DNA of 59,525 nucleotides, filler included. It is 9 parts of 9 records of this genome, joined end to end, with 100 filler letters (N's around TTAATTAATTAA, not from the genome) between each part and the next. Parts side by side here need not be neighbours in the genome. Positions count along the whole stretch, not along the records: positions 45,767 to 51,264 come from SRR31156797_129514; positions 51,365 to 59,525 come from SRR31156797_130229; 7 more parts are not named here. The stretch is one strand, 5' to 3'. The notes under the pieces are model-generated. The model did not search any database. It had not been told where the DNA came from and saw only the letters and a list, made by a program, of their open reading frames with translations. How positions within the stretch are numbered: the first letter of the stretch is position 1; each line of letters starts with the position of its first letter. The translations under genes and the position numbers were made by a program. Below are positions 49,113 to 58,198 of the stretch, one piece after another.

Positions 49113-51264
49113 TTATTCTTCTGCAGACCTGACATCTACAGTCAGTTCAGTCCCATTGCTGTTCACATGGACCGTTGCACCTTCCGGCACCTCACCTGCA
49201 ACGATGAGCTTTGCGATCATGGTCTCAACCTCGTTCTGGATGACACGCTTAAGCGGCCTTGCACCGAATGTCTCGCTGTATCCTGCCTTTGACAGGTATG
49301 CCTTTGCAGCATCTGTAAGTTCAAGGCCGATACGCTTGTCCCTGAGCCTATTCACAAGATCAGCAGCCTTGATGTCCACGATATCAACAAGCTCTTCGGG
49401 TTTCAGTGCATGGAAGAGAGCAATCTCATCGATACGGTTGAGGAACTCAGGCCTGAAATACTTTCCAAGCTCTGTCATGGCACGCATCTGGAGTATATTG
49501 TAATCAACAGTCTCCTCGGTCTCACCGGCCTGAAGAAGGTCTGTCAGGTCACCTGCAAAGATGTTCGAGGTCATGATGATCAGAGTGTTCTTGAAGTCCA
49601 CTGTCCGGCCCTTGGAATCCGTCAGACGGCCGTCGTCAAGGAGCTGCAGCATGACGTTGAACACATCAGGATGCGCCTTCTCGATCTCATCGAAGAGAAC
49701 GACCGAGTATGGCCTCCTGTGGACTGCCTCTGTGAGCTGTCCGCCTTCATCATGTCCTACATAACCTGGTGGTGCACCGATCATCCTTGAAACAGTATGC
49801 TTTTCCATGTACTCTGACATGTCGATACGCACCATGTTGTTCTCATCATCGAACAGCTCCGCTGCGAGTGCCTTTACAAGCTCGGTCTTACCTACACCAG
49901 TTGGACCAAGGAAGATAAAACTACCAATAGGTCGTCTTGGGTCCTTGATGCCTGCGTAGTTACGTATGACAGCATCAGCAACTGCCTTTACAGCCTCACT
50001 TTGGCCAATAATACGCTGGTGGAGGTTATCTTCGAAATGGACCAGCTTCTCACGCTGACCCTCCATGAGCCTTGTAACAGGTATGTGGGTCCACTGACTG
50101 ACAACCTCGGCAATGTCCTCTTCACCAACCTCCTCGTTCAGGAGCATGTCGCCCTGCATTTCCTGAAGTTGCTTCTCTTCTTCAGCGTACTGATGTTGCA
50201 GTGGGATAAGAGTTCCGTACTTCAACCTGGAAGCCAGTTCAAGGTTGTTATCATTTTCAGCAAGTTCTAGCTGGACCTTGGTCTCCTCTATCTCCTCCTT
50301 CAGGGCACCAAGTTTAGAGATGGCTTCCTTCTCGCGGTCCCATCTGGCACGCATTGCATCGGATTCTGCCCTGATGTCGGCAAGTTCTTTCTCAAGCATT
50401 TCCAGACGGTCCTTTGAAGCAGCATCCTTCTCCTTCTTCAGAGCCTCACGTTCGATCTCAAGCTGCATGATCTTACGATCTGCCTCATCAAGCTCTGCCG
50501 GTTTACTGTCAATTGCTGTTCTCTTCTTTGCAGCGGCCTCATCTACAAGATCAATGGCCTTGTCAGGAAGGAATCTGTCTGCAATGTAACGGTCACTCAT
50601 GATGGCAGCGGCAACAAGTGAGGAATCCTTCAAACGAACACCGTGGTGGACCTCATACTTCTCCTTCAGACCACGCAATATGGAAATAGTATCCTCTACC
50701 GTAGGCTCTTCTACAAAGACCGGCAGGAACCTGCGTTCAAGTGCAGCATCCTTTTCGATATACTTACGGTACTCATCGATCGTAGTGGCACCGATACAGT
50801 GAAGCTCACCACGTGCAAGCATAGGTTTTAGGAGGTTTCCTGCATCCATTGCACCTTCAGTGGCTCCTGCACCTACGATGGTATGTATCTCATCGATGAA
50901 GAGGATTATCTGGCCTTCGGATTCTGATACTTCCTTGAGCACCGCCTTCAATCTTTCCTCAAACTCACCACGGAACTTCGCACCTGCAATAAGCGATCCC
51001 ATATCAAGAGCAATGATACGTTTTTCCTTCATGGCATCGGGAACATCCCTTTTAGCTATACGCTGTGCCAGTCCCTCTACAATAGCGGTCTTACCTACAC
51101 CGGCCTCACCAATGAGTACAGGATTGTTCTTCCTGCGGCGTGAAAGGATCTCCACAGAGTGCCTGATCTCATGGTCCCTTCCGATAACAGGGTCAAGTTT
51201 GCCCTGGGCTGCAAGCTCTGTGAAATCAATTCCATACTTCTTTAATGGTTCCATTGTGTCTTCC
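49113..51264 (-). CDS. clpB: ATP-dependent chaperone ClpB (N-terminal domain cut off by contig end)
   Basis: Two AAA+ modules ([16 protein letters not shown]), long middle coiled coil with [12 protein letters not shown]. Confidence 0.95.
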
Positions 51265-51364
51265 NNNNNNNNNNNNNNNNNNNNNNNNNNNNNNNNNNNN
51301 NNNNNNNNTTAATTAATTAANNNNNNNNNNNNNNNNNNNNNNNNNNNNNNNNNNNNNNNNNNNN
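51265..51364. other. Artificial contig spacer
   Basis: N44-TTAATTAATTAA-N44. Confidence 0.98.
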
Positions 51365-51495
51365 GCCTGTTCTTCTCTGAACATGGCCGGGTATACGTCG
51401 GCTCGTATTGTGACCCGGCAATGGGGGCAACCGGTCAGGTATTGCGTGTTCAATACTTCCGCCGGGAGCGGATTGCGGCATTTGGTACAGTTCAT
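51365..51495 (-). CDS. Zinc-finger protein N-terminus (3' truncated)
   Basis: CTKC..CPHC; GGGAG RBS; follows the RDD gene. Confidence 0.65.
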
Positions 51496-51516
51496 TGGAT
51501 CTCCCGGATAATGATT

Positions 51517-52221
51517 CTACTTTCTAATAACCCTGGTGCTGCATATTCTGTCGTGAAGGGTTCGCTTCTCATCATCAAAGCCGGCCATGATATAACCTAT
51601 AAATAAAATCATGGCTGAAATCATTTCGGCAAAATGTCTTCCCAGGGCGCGGAGATAGCTGACCCGGCCCCCGTCGTCGACCACTATTTTGATCTGGCAG
51701 GCCAACTTGCCGACGGTTGCGCCGTACTTGCCCACGAAGAAAGTGGAATATACGGCGAAAATGACAATTTGTAAGACATTGAGGATTATAACCGCGGCTA
51801 TTTCGGAGGCGGCCTGCATCAAAAATACCGTCCCAAAAGAAAGGACCATCTGGACAATAGTGAGGATAATGTAGTCTATCACCTTGGCGCCGAATCGAAG
51901 CCAGAAGCCGGCGTAATCCATTGCTCCGGGCAGGGCTACGCCTTCCTTGATTTTCTGGACGAACGCCGGCTTGCAGGTCGCGCAAACCCAGGAGCCGCCG
52001 TAATGAATCATGTCTTCCTTTGAAAAAAGGCGTCCGCATTGACTGCAGGCGGCGTTTTCGCCGTTAAGCTCCTGCAGGCTGCCGTATTCAACCCAGTTTG
52101 ACATGCCCGGCTGCCAAACCAGCGTGGTTGCCGTTATATGTCCGGACCTTATCTTTGATTGAAATTCTTCTTCGCTGACCGGACCGATCTGCCGTCCTTC
52201 ATCGGCATAATGCCATTGCAT
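51517..52221 (-). CDS. RDD family protein with N-terminal GYF_2 (DUF4339) domain and zinc ribbon
   Basis: WHY..GPVS..TLVWQPGMSNW; CSQC..CATC; YAGFWLRFGAKVID, GATVGK, LHDRICST. Confidence 0.9.
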   Translation of the reverse strand: MQWHYADEGRQIGPVSEEEFQSKIRSGHITATTLVWQPGMSNWVEYGSLQELNGENAACSQCGRLFSKEDMIHYGGSWVCATCKPAFVQKIKEGVALPGAMDYAGFWLRFGAKVIDYIILTIVQMVLSFGTVFLMQAASEIAAVIILNVLQIVIFAVYSTFFVGKYGATVGKLACQIKIVVDDGGRVSYLRALGRHFAEMISAMILFIGYIMAGFDDEKRTLHDRICSTRVIRK

Positions 52222-52509
52222 TATTTCCTCCAAAATGCGTCCCTTTCAGGCTGTTAGACGTGATCTGAAGCCTGAACTCAGGGAAAAGTAATGACTTGTA
52301 GCAAAATAGTTGTCGCATATCCCCCGGTTGGAATTATTCCCCAATGTCGTTCGGACTGTAAAGCGCGCGCGCCCCATTGATGCTGCGCTGGTTTCCGGGG
52401 GCCGTAATAATAAAAGAGCGAATCGCGGAACCGGTCGGGGCCGGGAAGGCGAATTCATTACTGAAATACTAAAACATGAAATTAAGGACTGAGAATAAAG
52501 CGCGTTTGA

Positions 52510-53007
52510 TTACAGGGCGCCCAACTCTGCAGCACTCAGAACCTGGTCGATATCCAGAAGTATTTTAACTCCGCCCGGCGTTTTGGCCATGCCCAAAATA
52601 TATTGAGTTTCCATTTGCGAGCCGAGAACAGGATTATTTTCAACATCCGCATCATTGACGTTGACCACTTCCGAAACCGCGTCCACAACCACGCCGATGG
52701 CGACCCGGCCGGCCGGATCCGTTACTTCAACCACAATGATGCTTGTTCTTTCCGTATATTCCTTTTCGGTCAGACTAAACTTTAACCTTAGGTCTACTAC
52801 GGGAATAACCTGGCCCCTCAGGTTGATTACGCCCTTTACAAAGGACGGAGTCTGGGGGACGGGCGTGATGGGCAACATGCCTATAATTTCCCTGACCTTG
52901 AGTATACCAATGCCGTATTCCTCGTTGGCCAATGAAAAGGTAAGATAAGTGCCGCCCTTGCCTTTGCTTGTAACCGACGATGCCTGGCTTCCATTTTGGG
53001 TCGTCAT
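52510..53007 (-). CDS. cheW: Chemotaxis coupling protein CheW
   Basis: YLTFSL..YGIGILKVREII, GVINLRGQVIPVVDLR, VDAVSEV; GGAGG RBS. Confidence 0.95.
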   Translation of the reverse strand: MTTQNGSQASSVTSKGKGGTYLTFSLANEEYGIGILKVREIIGMLPITPVPQTPSFVKGVINLRGQVIPVVDLRLKFSLTEKEYTERTSIIVVEVTDPAGRVAIGVVVDAVSEVVNVNDADVENNPVLGSQMETQYILGMAKTPGGVKILLDIDQVLSAAELGAL

Positions 53008-53229
53008 TTCGGCAACCTCCAATCCACAATCATTATTTAACCGGAAACGGTGCAAAGTTCAAGTATAAAGAAAACAAGGCCTTGGCTTAAGATAAAGTAT
53101 TTACGCATAAAATATTGGCCGGACCATGCTCGTCCGGTTACGGGGCCATGTCATAATTCTGTTTTGTGAGCTCGCGCCGGCAAATGCGCCGCGCTTTTTA
53201 CATGGCCTAAATAATACCGGGAAAAGTGA

Positions 53230-53622
53230 TTATTTCATATGGGAATAATCCTTGAACTTCCCGGAAGCCGCGATCAGGTTTAGAACAAGCCCGTAAATGT
53301 TTATGCCGATGGCCAGAGCCCAGGCCAAAAAGGACTGGTATACGGACAGATCAGTGAAAAAGTTGACAATATGCTTGTATATGCCGCCATAACCGTAAAC
53401 AAGAATGGACACGGCCATAAGCACTCGGTATATGGTCAGTTTGCGCATAAATCCGGGAATGAGGAACAGGCCGAAAACGGCCATTGACAGGCCGCCCGTA
53501 AACGGGTCTGTTGTGGAGAGCTGCGGTCTTCCGGCCGCGACTTCAAACCAGCTGACCACGTTGTAACCTACACCCAAAAGGCAATATACAATCTGACAGA
53601 TGAGCAACGATTTCAGTTTCAT
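53230..53622 (-). CDS. Hypothetical 4-TM membrane protein
   Basis: Four hydrophobic segments; AAGGAG RBS. Confidence 0.7.
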   Translation of the reverse strand: MKLKSLLICQIVYCLLGVGYNVVSWFEVAAGRPQLSTTDPFTGGLSMAVFGLFLIPGFMRKLTIYRVLMAVSILVYGYGGIYKHIVNFFTDLSVYQSFLAWALAIGINIYGLVLNLIAASGKFKDYSHMK

Positions 53623-53733
53623 ATAGCATCTCCTTATAATAACGGTCGTTTAAGATGTCACGGGGCGATCCCGGCTCGGATTAAATCGTCAATTATCAAT
53701 AATATCAAAACAATATCAGCCGGCTATTAAGGC

Positions 53734-53763
53734 TTGACAAATATAAGCTCCAATAACGATAAT
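53734..53763 (+). promoter_or_regulatory. Putative cas operon promoter TTGACA-N18-GATAAT
   Basis: Consensus -35 and near-consensus -10, 180 bp upstream of cas1. Confidence 0.5.
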
Positions 53764-53943
53764 ATCTGAGATTCCCGGGGCGATCCTTTTTACTAACTAA
53801 ACGTAATTCTTACCACTTTCGGCGCATGTCGTCGAGAAAAATAAGTGATGACCAGGGCGGCGACTTAATGTCGCTCAACTATGGGGACGTGGGCAACTCC
53901 GCTTATTTATTATGCTTTTAATTAAAATGCAGAAAGATTACCT

Positions 53944-54921
53944 ATGGATGACTTAAAACCCTCCGACCTGAAATCCATTCTACATTCAAAACGGGCCAAC
54001 ATTTATTACCTGGAGCATTGTCGAGTGTTGGTTAACAGCGGACGAGTCGAATATGTGACGGATGAAGGACGGCGTTCGCTATACTGGAACATACCAATAG
54101 CCAACACGACCTGCCTTTTGCTGGGCACTGGTACGTCGATCACCCAGGCCGCCATGCGCGAGTTGGCCAAGGCCGGGGTTTTAGTCGGCTTTTGCGGCGG
54201 AGGCGGAACGCCTTTGTTCAGCGCCAATGAAGTCGATATCGAAGTCGCCTGGTTTTCGCCTCAAAGCGAATACCGCCCTACCCAGTACCTTCAGAATTGG
54301 GTGCGCTTTTGGTTTGACGATCAAAAACGTCTGGACGCTGCAAAAGACTTTCAACGCCTTCGTCTGCAAAAGCTGGAAAAGCTATGGTTAGAAAACCGGT
54401 CGTTGCGTGAAGATGGGTTTACAGCCGAAGCAATGGAATTGCGTCCCTTAATTGCTCAAGCAATCAATGCAGTAGACAGGTCGCCCGGATCCGCCGATCT
54501 TTTGAGCGTTGAAGCCCGGTTGACAAAGGATCTTTTTAAAATGGCCGCCGGAATTGTGAATTACGGCAAATTTGTCCGTTCAAAACGCGGTTCCGGATCG
54601 GATCCGGCCAACCGTTTTCTCGATCACGGCAACTACCTGGCTTATGGAATGGGCGCCACAGCCGCCTGGGTGCTGGGGTTGCCGCACGGCCTGGCTGTTT
54701 TACACGGCAAAACCAGAAGAGGCGGCCTTGTTTTTGACATCGCGGATTTAGTAAAGGATGCGGTGATTTTGCCGCAAGCTTTTATTTCAGCCATGGCCGG
54801 TCATGAAGAGCAGGAATTTCGCAATGCCTGCATTGAAAACCTTACCCGCACTGAAGCGCTGGATTTCATGATCGACTCTTTAAAAGCGGTTGCGGAGAAA
54901 TTTGGAGGCCGGGAACCGTGA
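53944..54921 (+). CDS. cas1: Type I-F CRISPR-associated endonuclease Cas1
   Basis: ILHSKRANIYYLEHCRV, WNIPIANT, NRFLDHGNYLAYG, HGKTRRGGLVFDIADLVKD. Confidence 0.97.
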   Translation: MDDLKPSDLKSILHSKRANIYYLEHCRVLVNSGRVEYVTDEGRRSLYWNIPIANTTCLLLGTGTSITQAAMRELAKAGVLVGFCGGGGTPLFSANEVDIEVAWFSPQSEYRPTQYLQNWVRFWFDDQKRLDAAKDFQRLRLQKLEKLWLENRSLREDGFTAEAMELRPLIAQAINAVDRSPGSADLLSVEARLTKDLFKMAAGIVNYGKFVRSKRGSGSDPANRFLDHGNYLAYGMGATAAWVLGLPHGLAVLHGKTRRGGLVFDIADLVKDAVILPQAFISAMAGHEEQEFRNACIENLTRTEALDFMIDSLKAVAEKFGGREP

Positions 54922-57900
54922 TAGTGATGCTTATATCCCAGTGCAGCAAAAACGCCTTAAAGGAAACCCGGAGAATTCTCGATCAATTTGCCGAAAGGCG
55001 GGGCGACAGAACCTGGCAGACCCCGATCACGCAGGAGGGGCTTAAAACCCTGCACAAAATGCTGCGGAAAACCGCGCGAAAAAATACAGCCGTGGCCTGC
55101 CACCGTTTGCAGGGCCGTAAGTCCAGCGAACTGATTTGGATTGTCGGCGATGTTGGAAGATTCAATGAACAAGGGGCCGTGCCCACAAACACGACCTCCC
55201 GGGACATATTACGGGCGCAGGCGGAAAATGACTGGCATACAGCGGAAGAAATTCGATTGTTGGCCGTTTTGGCGGCGCTTTTCCACGATTTCGGGAAAAG
55301 CAACCAGGCGTTCCAGTATAAATTGACCAAAGGCGGCCCGCTGGCGGATGCATTTCGTCATGAATGGGCGTCCTTGCGTCTGTTTGAAGCTTTTGTCGAT
55401 GGGGACAGCGATGAAGAGTGGCTGGGGCGGCTGGCGTCGGAATCGGAAATATTGGATAAAAAACACCTTAATAACCTGTTGCGGGACCGTATTGACAACC
55501 GTTTGCAGGGTCCATTCATCAGTCTGCCTCCCCTGGCCCGTGTTGTGGGGTGGCTTATTGTAAGTCACCATCGGCTGCCGACGCAGGAATGGGAGGCGCC
55601 GCTCCAGGCGGAGGCCTTGAATTTACTGCCGGCAACAATTGAAGAACAATGGTGCGGTTCGCTTTCCAACCCGGATCCAAAGGATGTGAAAGCGTGTTGG
55701 TCCTTTATGAAGGGGCTGCCGTTTGACAGTCTTTCATGGCGGCGGCAGGCGTCAAGAGCGGCGAGGCAAATATTGAACCGGCCCGGAATGACCGCGACGA
55801 ACCTGTTTGGAAACCTTTTTATCCTGCATATGTCACGCCTGGCCCTGATGCTGGCCGATCATTTTTATTCCGGCGAATCCGGCGCCCGGCGCTACGGAGA
55901 AGCCGACTATCATCTTTATGCCAATACGAATCGAGAAACAGGCTCGCTGAACCAGCGCCTGGACGAGCATTTGATCGGCGTGGCCGTAAACGCCGGCCGT
56001 ATAGTGCGAATGCTGCTGCGTCTGGAGCAGCGACTTCCTCGCATCGCCCGTCACAAGGGATTTCGGACGCGCACCCGGGATCCTGTTTTTCGCTGGCAGG
56101 ACCGATCTTTTGACCTGGCCGAAGGATTAAGGAACCGCTCTGCCGGCCAGGGTTTTTTCGGCGTAAACATGGCGTCCACTGGTTGCGGCAAAACCCTGGC
56201 CAACGGCCGTATAATGTACGCCCTCTCCAATCCCCGGCAAGGCGCTCGGTTCAGCATTGCCCTGGGATTGCGCACGCTTACCTTGCAGACCGGGGAAGTT
56301 TACAGGGAACAGATGGGATTGGGCGAGGAAGATTTGGCCGTGTTGGTCGGAGGCGGCGCTGTAAAGGAGTTGTACGAACATCGGCGGAAAGCCGACTTCC
56401 AAACCATAAGCGGGTCGGAATCGGGGAGCGATATTTTTCCGGATCATAATTACGTGCATTTCGAAGGCAGTCTTGAGGACGGGCCGCTTAACCGCTGGCT
56501 GGACAAGAGTCCCAATCTGAAAAAAATGCTTAATGCTCCGGTTCTGGTTTGCACCATAGATCATTTGTCGCCCGCTGTCGAAGGCGTTCGGGGCGGCCGC
56601 CAGATAGCTCCCATGCTTCGTTTGTCGACTTCCGACCTTGTGCTGGATGAACCGGATGATTTCAGCGTTGAAGATTTACCCGCCTTGACCCGTCTGGTGC
56701 ATTGGGCCGGCCTGTTGGGAAGCCGGGTGCTTTTGTCTTCGGCCACCCTCCCGCCTGCTTTGGTGCAGGGTTTGTTTCAGGCTTACCTCGAAGGCCGCCG
56801 CAACCATCAAAATAACCGCGGAGTCCCTAATCGGCCCCTGAACGTATGTTGCGCCTGGTTTGATGAATTCGGCGTCATGGCGGGCGACCATGCCGATGGT
56901 GAAAGCTTCAAACAACAACATAATTCTTTTGTCAAAAAGAGGCTTGACCGACTAACCGGGGAAACAATACGGCGGCGGGCCGTAATTGCCCCGGTTCCGA
57001 TTGCGCACGGTGTTGGCCGGGAAAAGATATGCGCCGAACTGGCGGAAATCCTTCATCGGTATTCACACGAACTGCACCAAAAGCATCACAGCGTCGATCC
57101 GATTACAGCCGGAAAAATAAGCTTTGGTTTGATCCGCATGGCCAATATCGACCCCCTGGTGGAAACCGCTCGCGCCTTGTGCGCTCTTGGCGCCGAGAAA
57201 AATCACCGTATTCATATTTGCATCTATCATTCCCAGCATCCATTACTTGTGCGTTCGGTCATCGAACAGCGGCTTGATCTGCTGCTTAACCGTAAAAATG
57301 AAAACGCGGTTTTTTTCGATCATGGTATGCGTCGATTGCTGGATCACTCATCTGAAGATAACCATATCTTTATTACTATCAGTACGGCCGTGGCTGAAGT
57401 CGGCCGGGATCATGATTATGACTGGGGCATTGTTGAGCCCTCTTCAATGCGTTCCATCATCCAGTTGGCCGGCCGAATCCGTCGTCATCGCCCGGGCCCC
57501 TGCCTGACGCCCAACTTATACCTGCTGGACGTTAACACCCGATATTTGCTTAAAGGCGCCGGGCCCGCCTTTTGCCGCCCCGGTTTTGAGAATGAGCGGT
57601 TTTTATTGAAAAGTCACCATTTGAGCAAACTGTTCTCTACCGAAAGCCTGGCCGTGATCGATGCTTCCAGCCGTATTTATGAAAAGGACGATCCCGATCC
57701 CGAAAACAACCTGGCGGACCTGGAGCATGAACGAATCAGGGCTTTAATGATCGGAGAGCAGCGGGGACATGGGCTTCGGACTAATCCGGCCCACTGGTGG
57801 TGGACGACCAATGCCGCCCTGAGCGGAGAAATGCAGCGCGTGCAGAAATTCAGAAACGATCCTTTGGGACGCAGGCGCTACGGTCTTTTGCCGGACGAAA

Positions 57901-58172
57901 ACGGCGAGATACGTTTTAATCGATTTGAATCGGACGGCGTCCTGACTCCCGTACACGACAACCTGCTGCATTCATTTGAGGTTGAGCCCGGTCCTCGATT
58001 GAGTTTTTGGGGGGCGCCAAACTACGCCGAGGCCCTCGAAAACCTTGCCGGGGCATTGGATATGGAAACCGGGGACTGCGCCCGCCGCTTCGGCGTTATT
58101 GATTTACCTGCCAAGGGAGTTGAGCAGGGTTGGTTATATAATCCTTTTTTTGGATTTAGCCGTTTCCGTTAA
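54918..58172 (+). CDS. cas3: Type I-F Cas2-Cas3 fusion (HD nuclease-helicase)
   Basis: Cas2 part SQCSKNALKETRRILDQFAER; LFHDFGK, MASTGCGKT, LDEPD, SSAT, EVGRDHDYD, QLAGRIRRHR. Confidence 0.96.
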   Translation: MIVMLISQCSKNALKETRRILDQFAERRGDRTWQTPITQEGLKTLHKMLRKTARKNTAVACHRLQGRKSSELIWIVGDVGRFNEQGAVPTNTTSRDILRAQAENDWHTAEEIRLLAVLAALFHDFGKSNQAFQYKLTKGGPLADAFRHEWASLRLFEAFVDGDSDEEWLGRLASESEILDKKHLNNLLRDRIDNRLQGPFISLPPLARVVGWLIVSHHRLPTQEWEAPLQAEALNLLPATIEEQWCGSLSNPDPKDVKACWSFMKGLPFDSLSWRRQASRAARQILNRPGMTATNLFGNLFILHMSRLALMLADHFYSGESGARRYGEADYHLYANTNRETGSLNQRLDEHLIGVAVNAGRIVRMLLRLEQRLPRIARHKGFRTRTRDPVFRWQDRSFDLAEGLRNRSAGQGFFGVNMASTGCGKTLANGRIMYALSNPRQGARFSIALGLRTLTLQTGEVYREQMGLGEEDLAVLVGGGAVKELYEHRRKADFQTISGSESGSDIFPDHNYVHFEGSLEDGPLNRWLDKSPNLKKMLNAPVLVCTIDHLSPAVEGVRGGRQIAPMLRLSTSDLVLDEPDDFSVEDLPALTRLVHWAGLLGSRVLLSSATLPPALVQGLFQAYLEGRRNHQNNRGVPNRPLNVCCAWFDEFGVMAGDHADGESFKQQHNSFVKKRLDRLTGETIRRRAVIAPVPIAHGVGREKICAELAEILHRYSHELHQKHHSVDPITAGKISFGLIRMANIDPLVETARALCALGAEKNHRIHICIYHSQHPLLVRSVIEQRLDLLLNRKNENAVFFDHGMRRLLDHSSEDNHIFITISTAVAEVGRDHDYDWGIVEPSSMRSIIQLAGRIRRHRPGPCLTPNLYLLDVNTRYLLKGAGPAFCRPGFENERFLLKSHHLSKLFSTESLAVIDASSRIYEKDDPDPENNLADLEHERIRALMIGEQRGHGLRTNPAHWWWTTNAALSGEMQRVQKFRNDPLGRRRYGLLPDENGEIRFNRFESDGVLTPVHDNLLHSFEVEPGPRLSFWGAPNYAEALENLAGALDMETGDCARRFGVIDLPAKGVEQGWLYNPFFGFSRFR

Positions 58173-58198
58173 ACACCCGAGACAAGGAGTTGTAAACA

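Noticed and set aside
53230-53622. 4-TM protein as a CRISPR accessory effector
   Set aside because: Divergent orientation, no CARF/SAVED/SLATT features, and type I-F makes no cyclic oligonucleotide signal
53008-53943. CRISPR array near cas1
   Set aside because: No 28-bp direct repeats or I-F consensus found by eye here or elsewhere in the window
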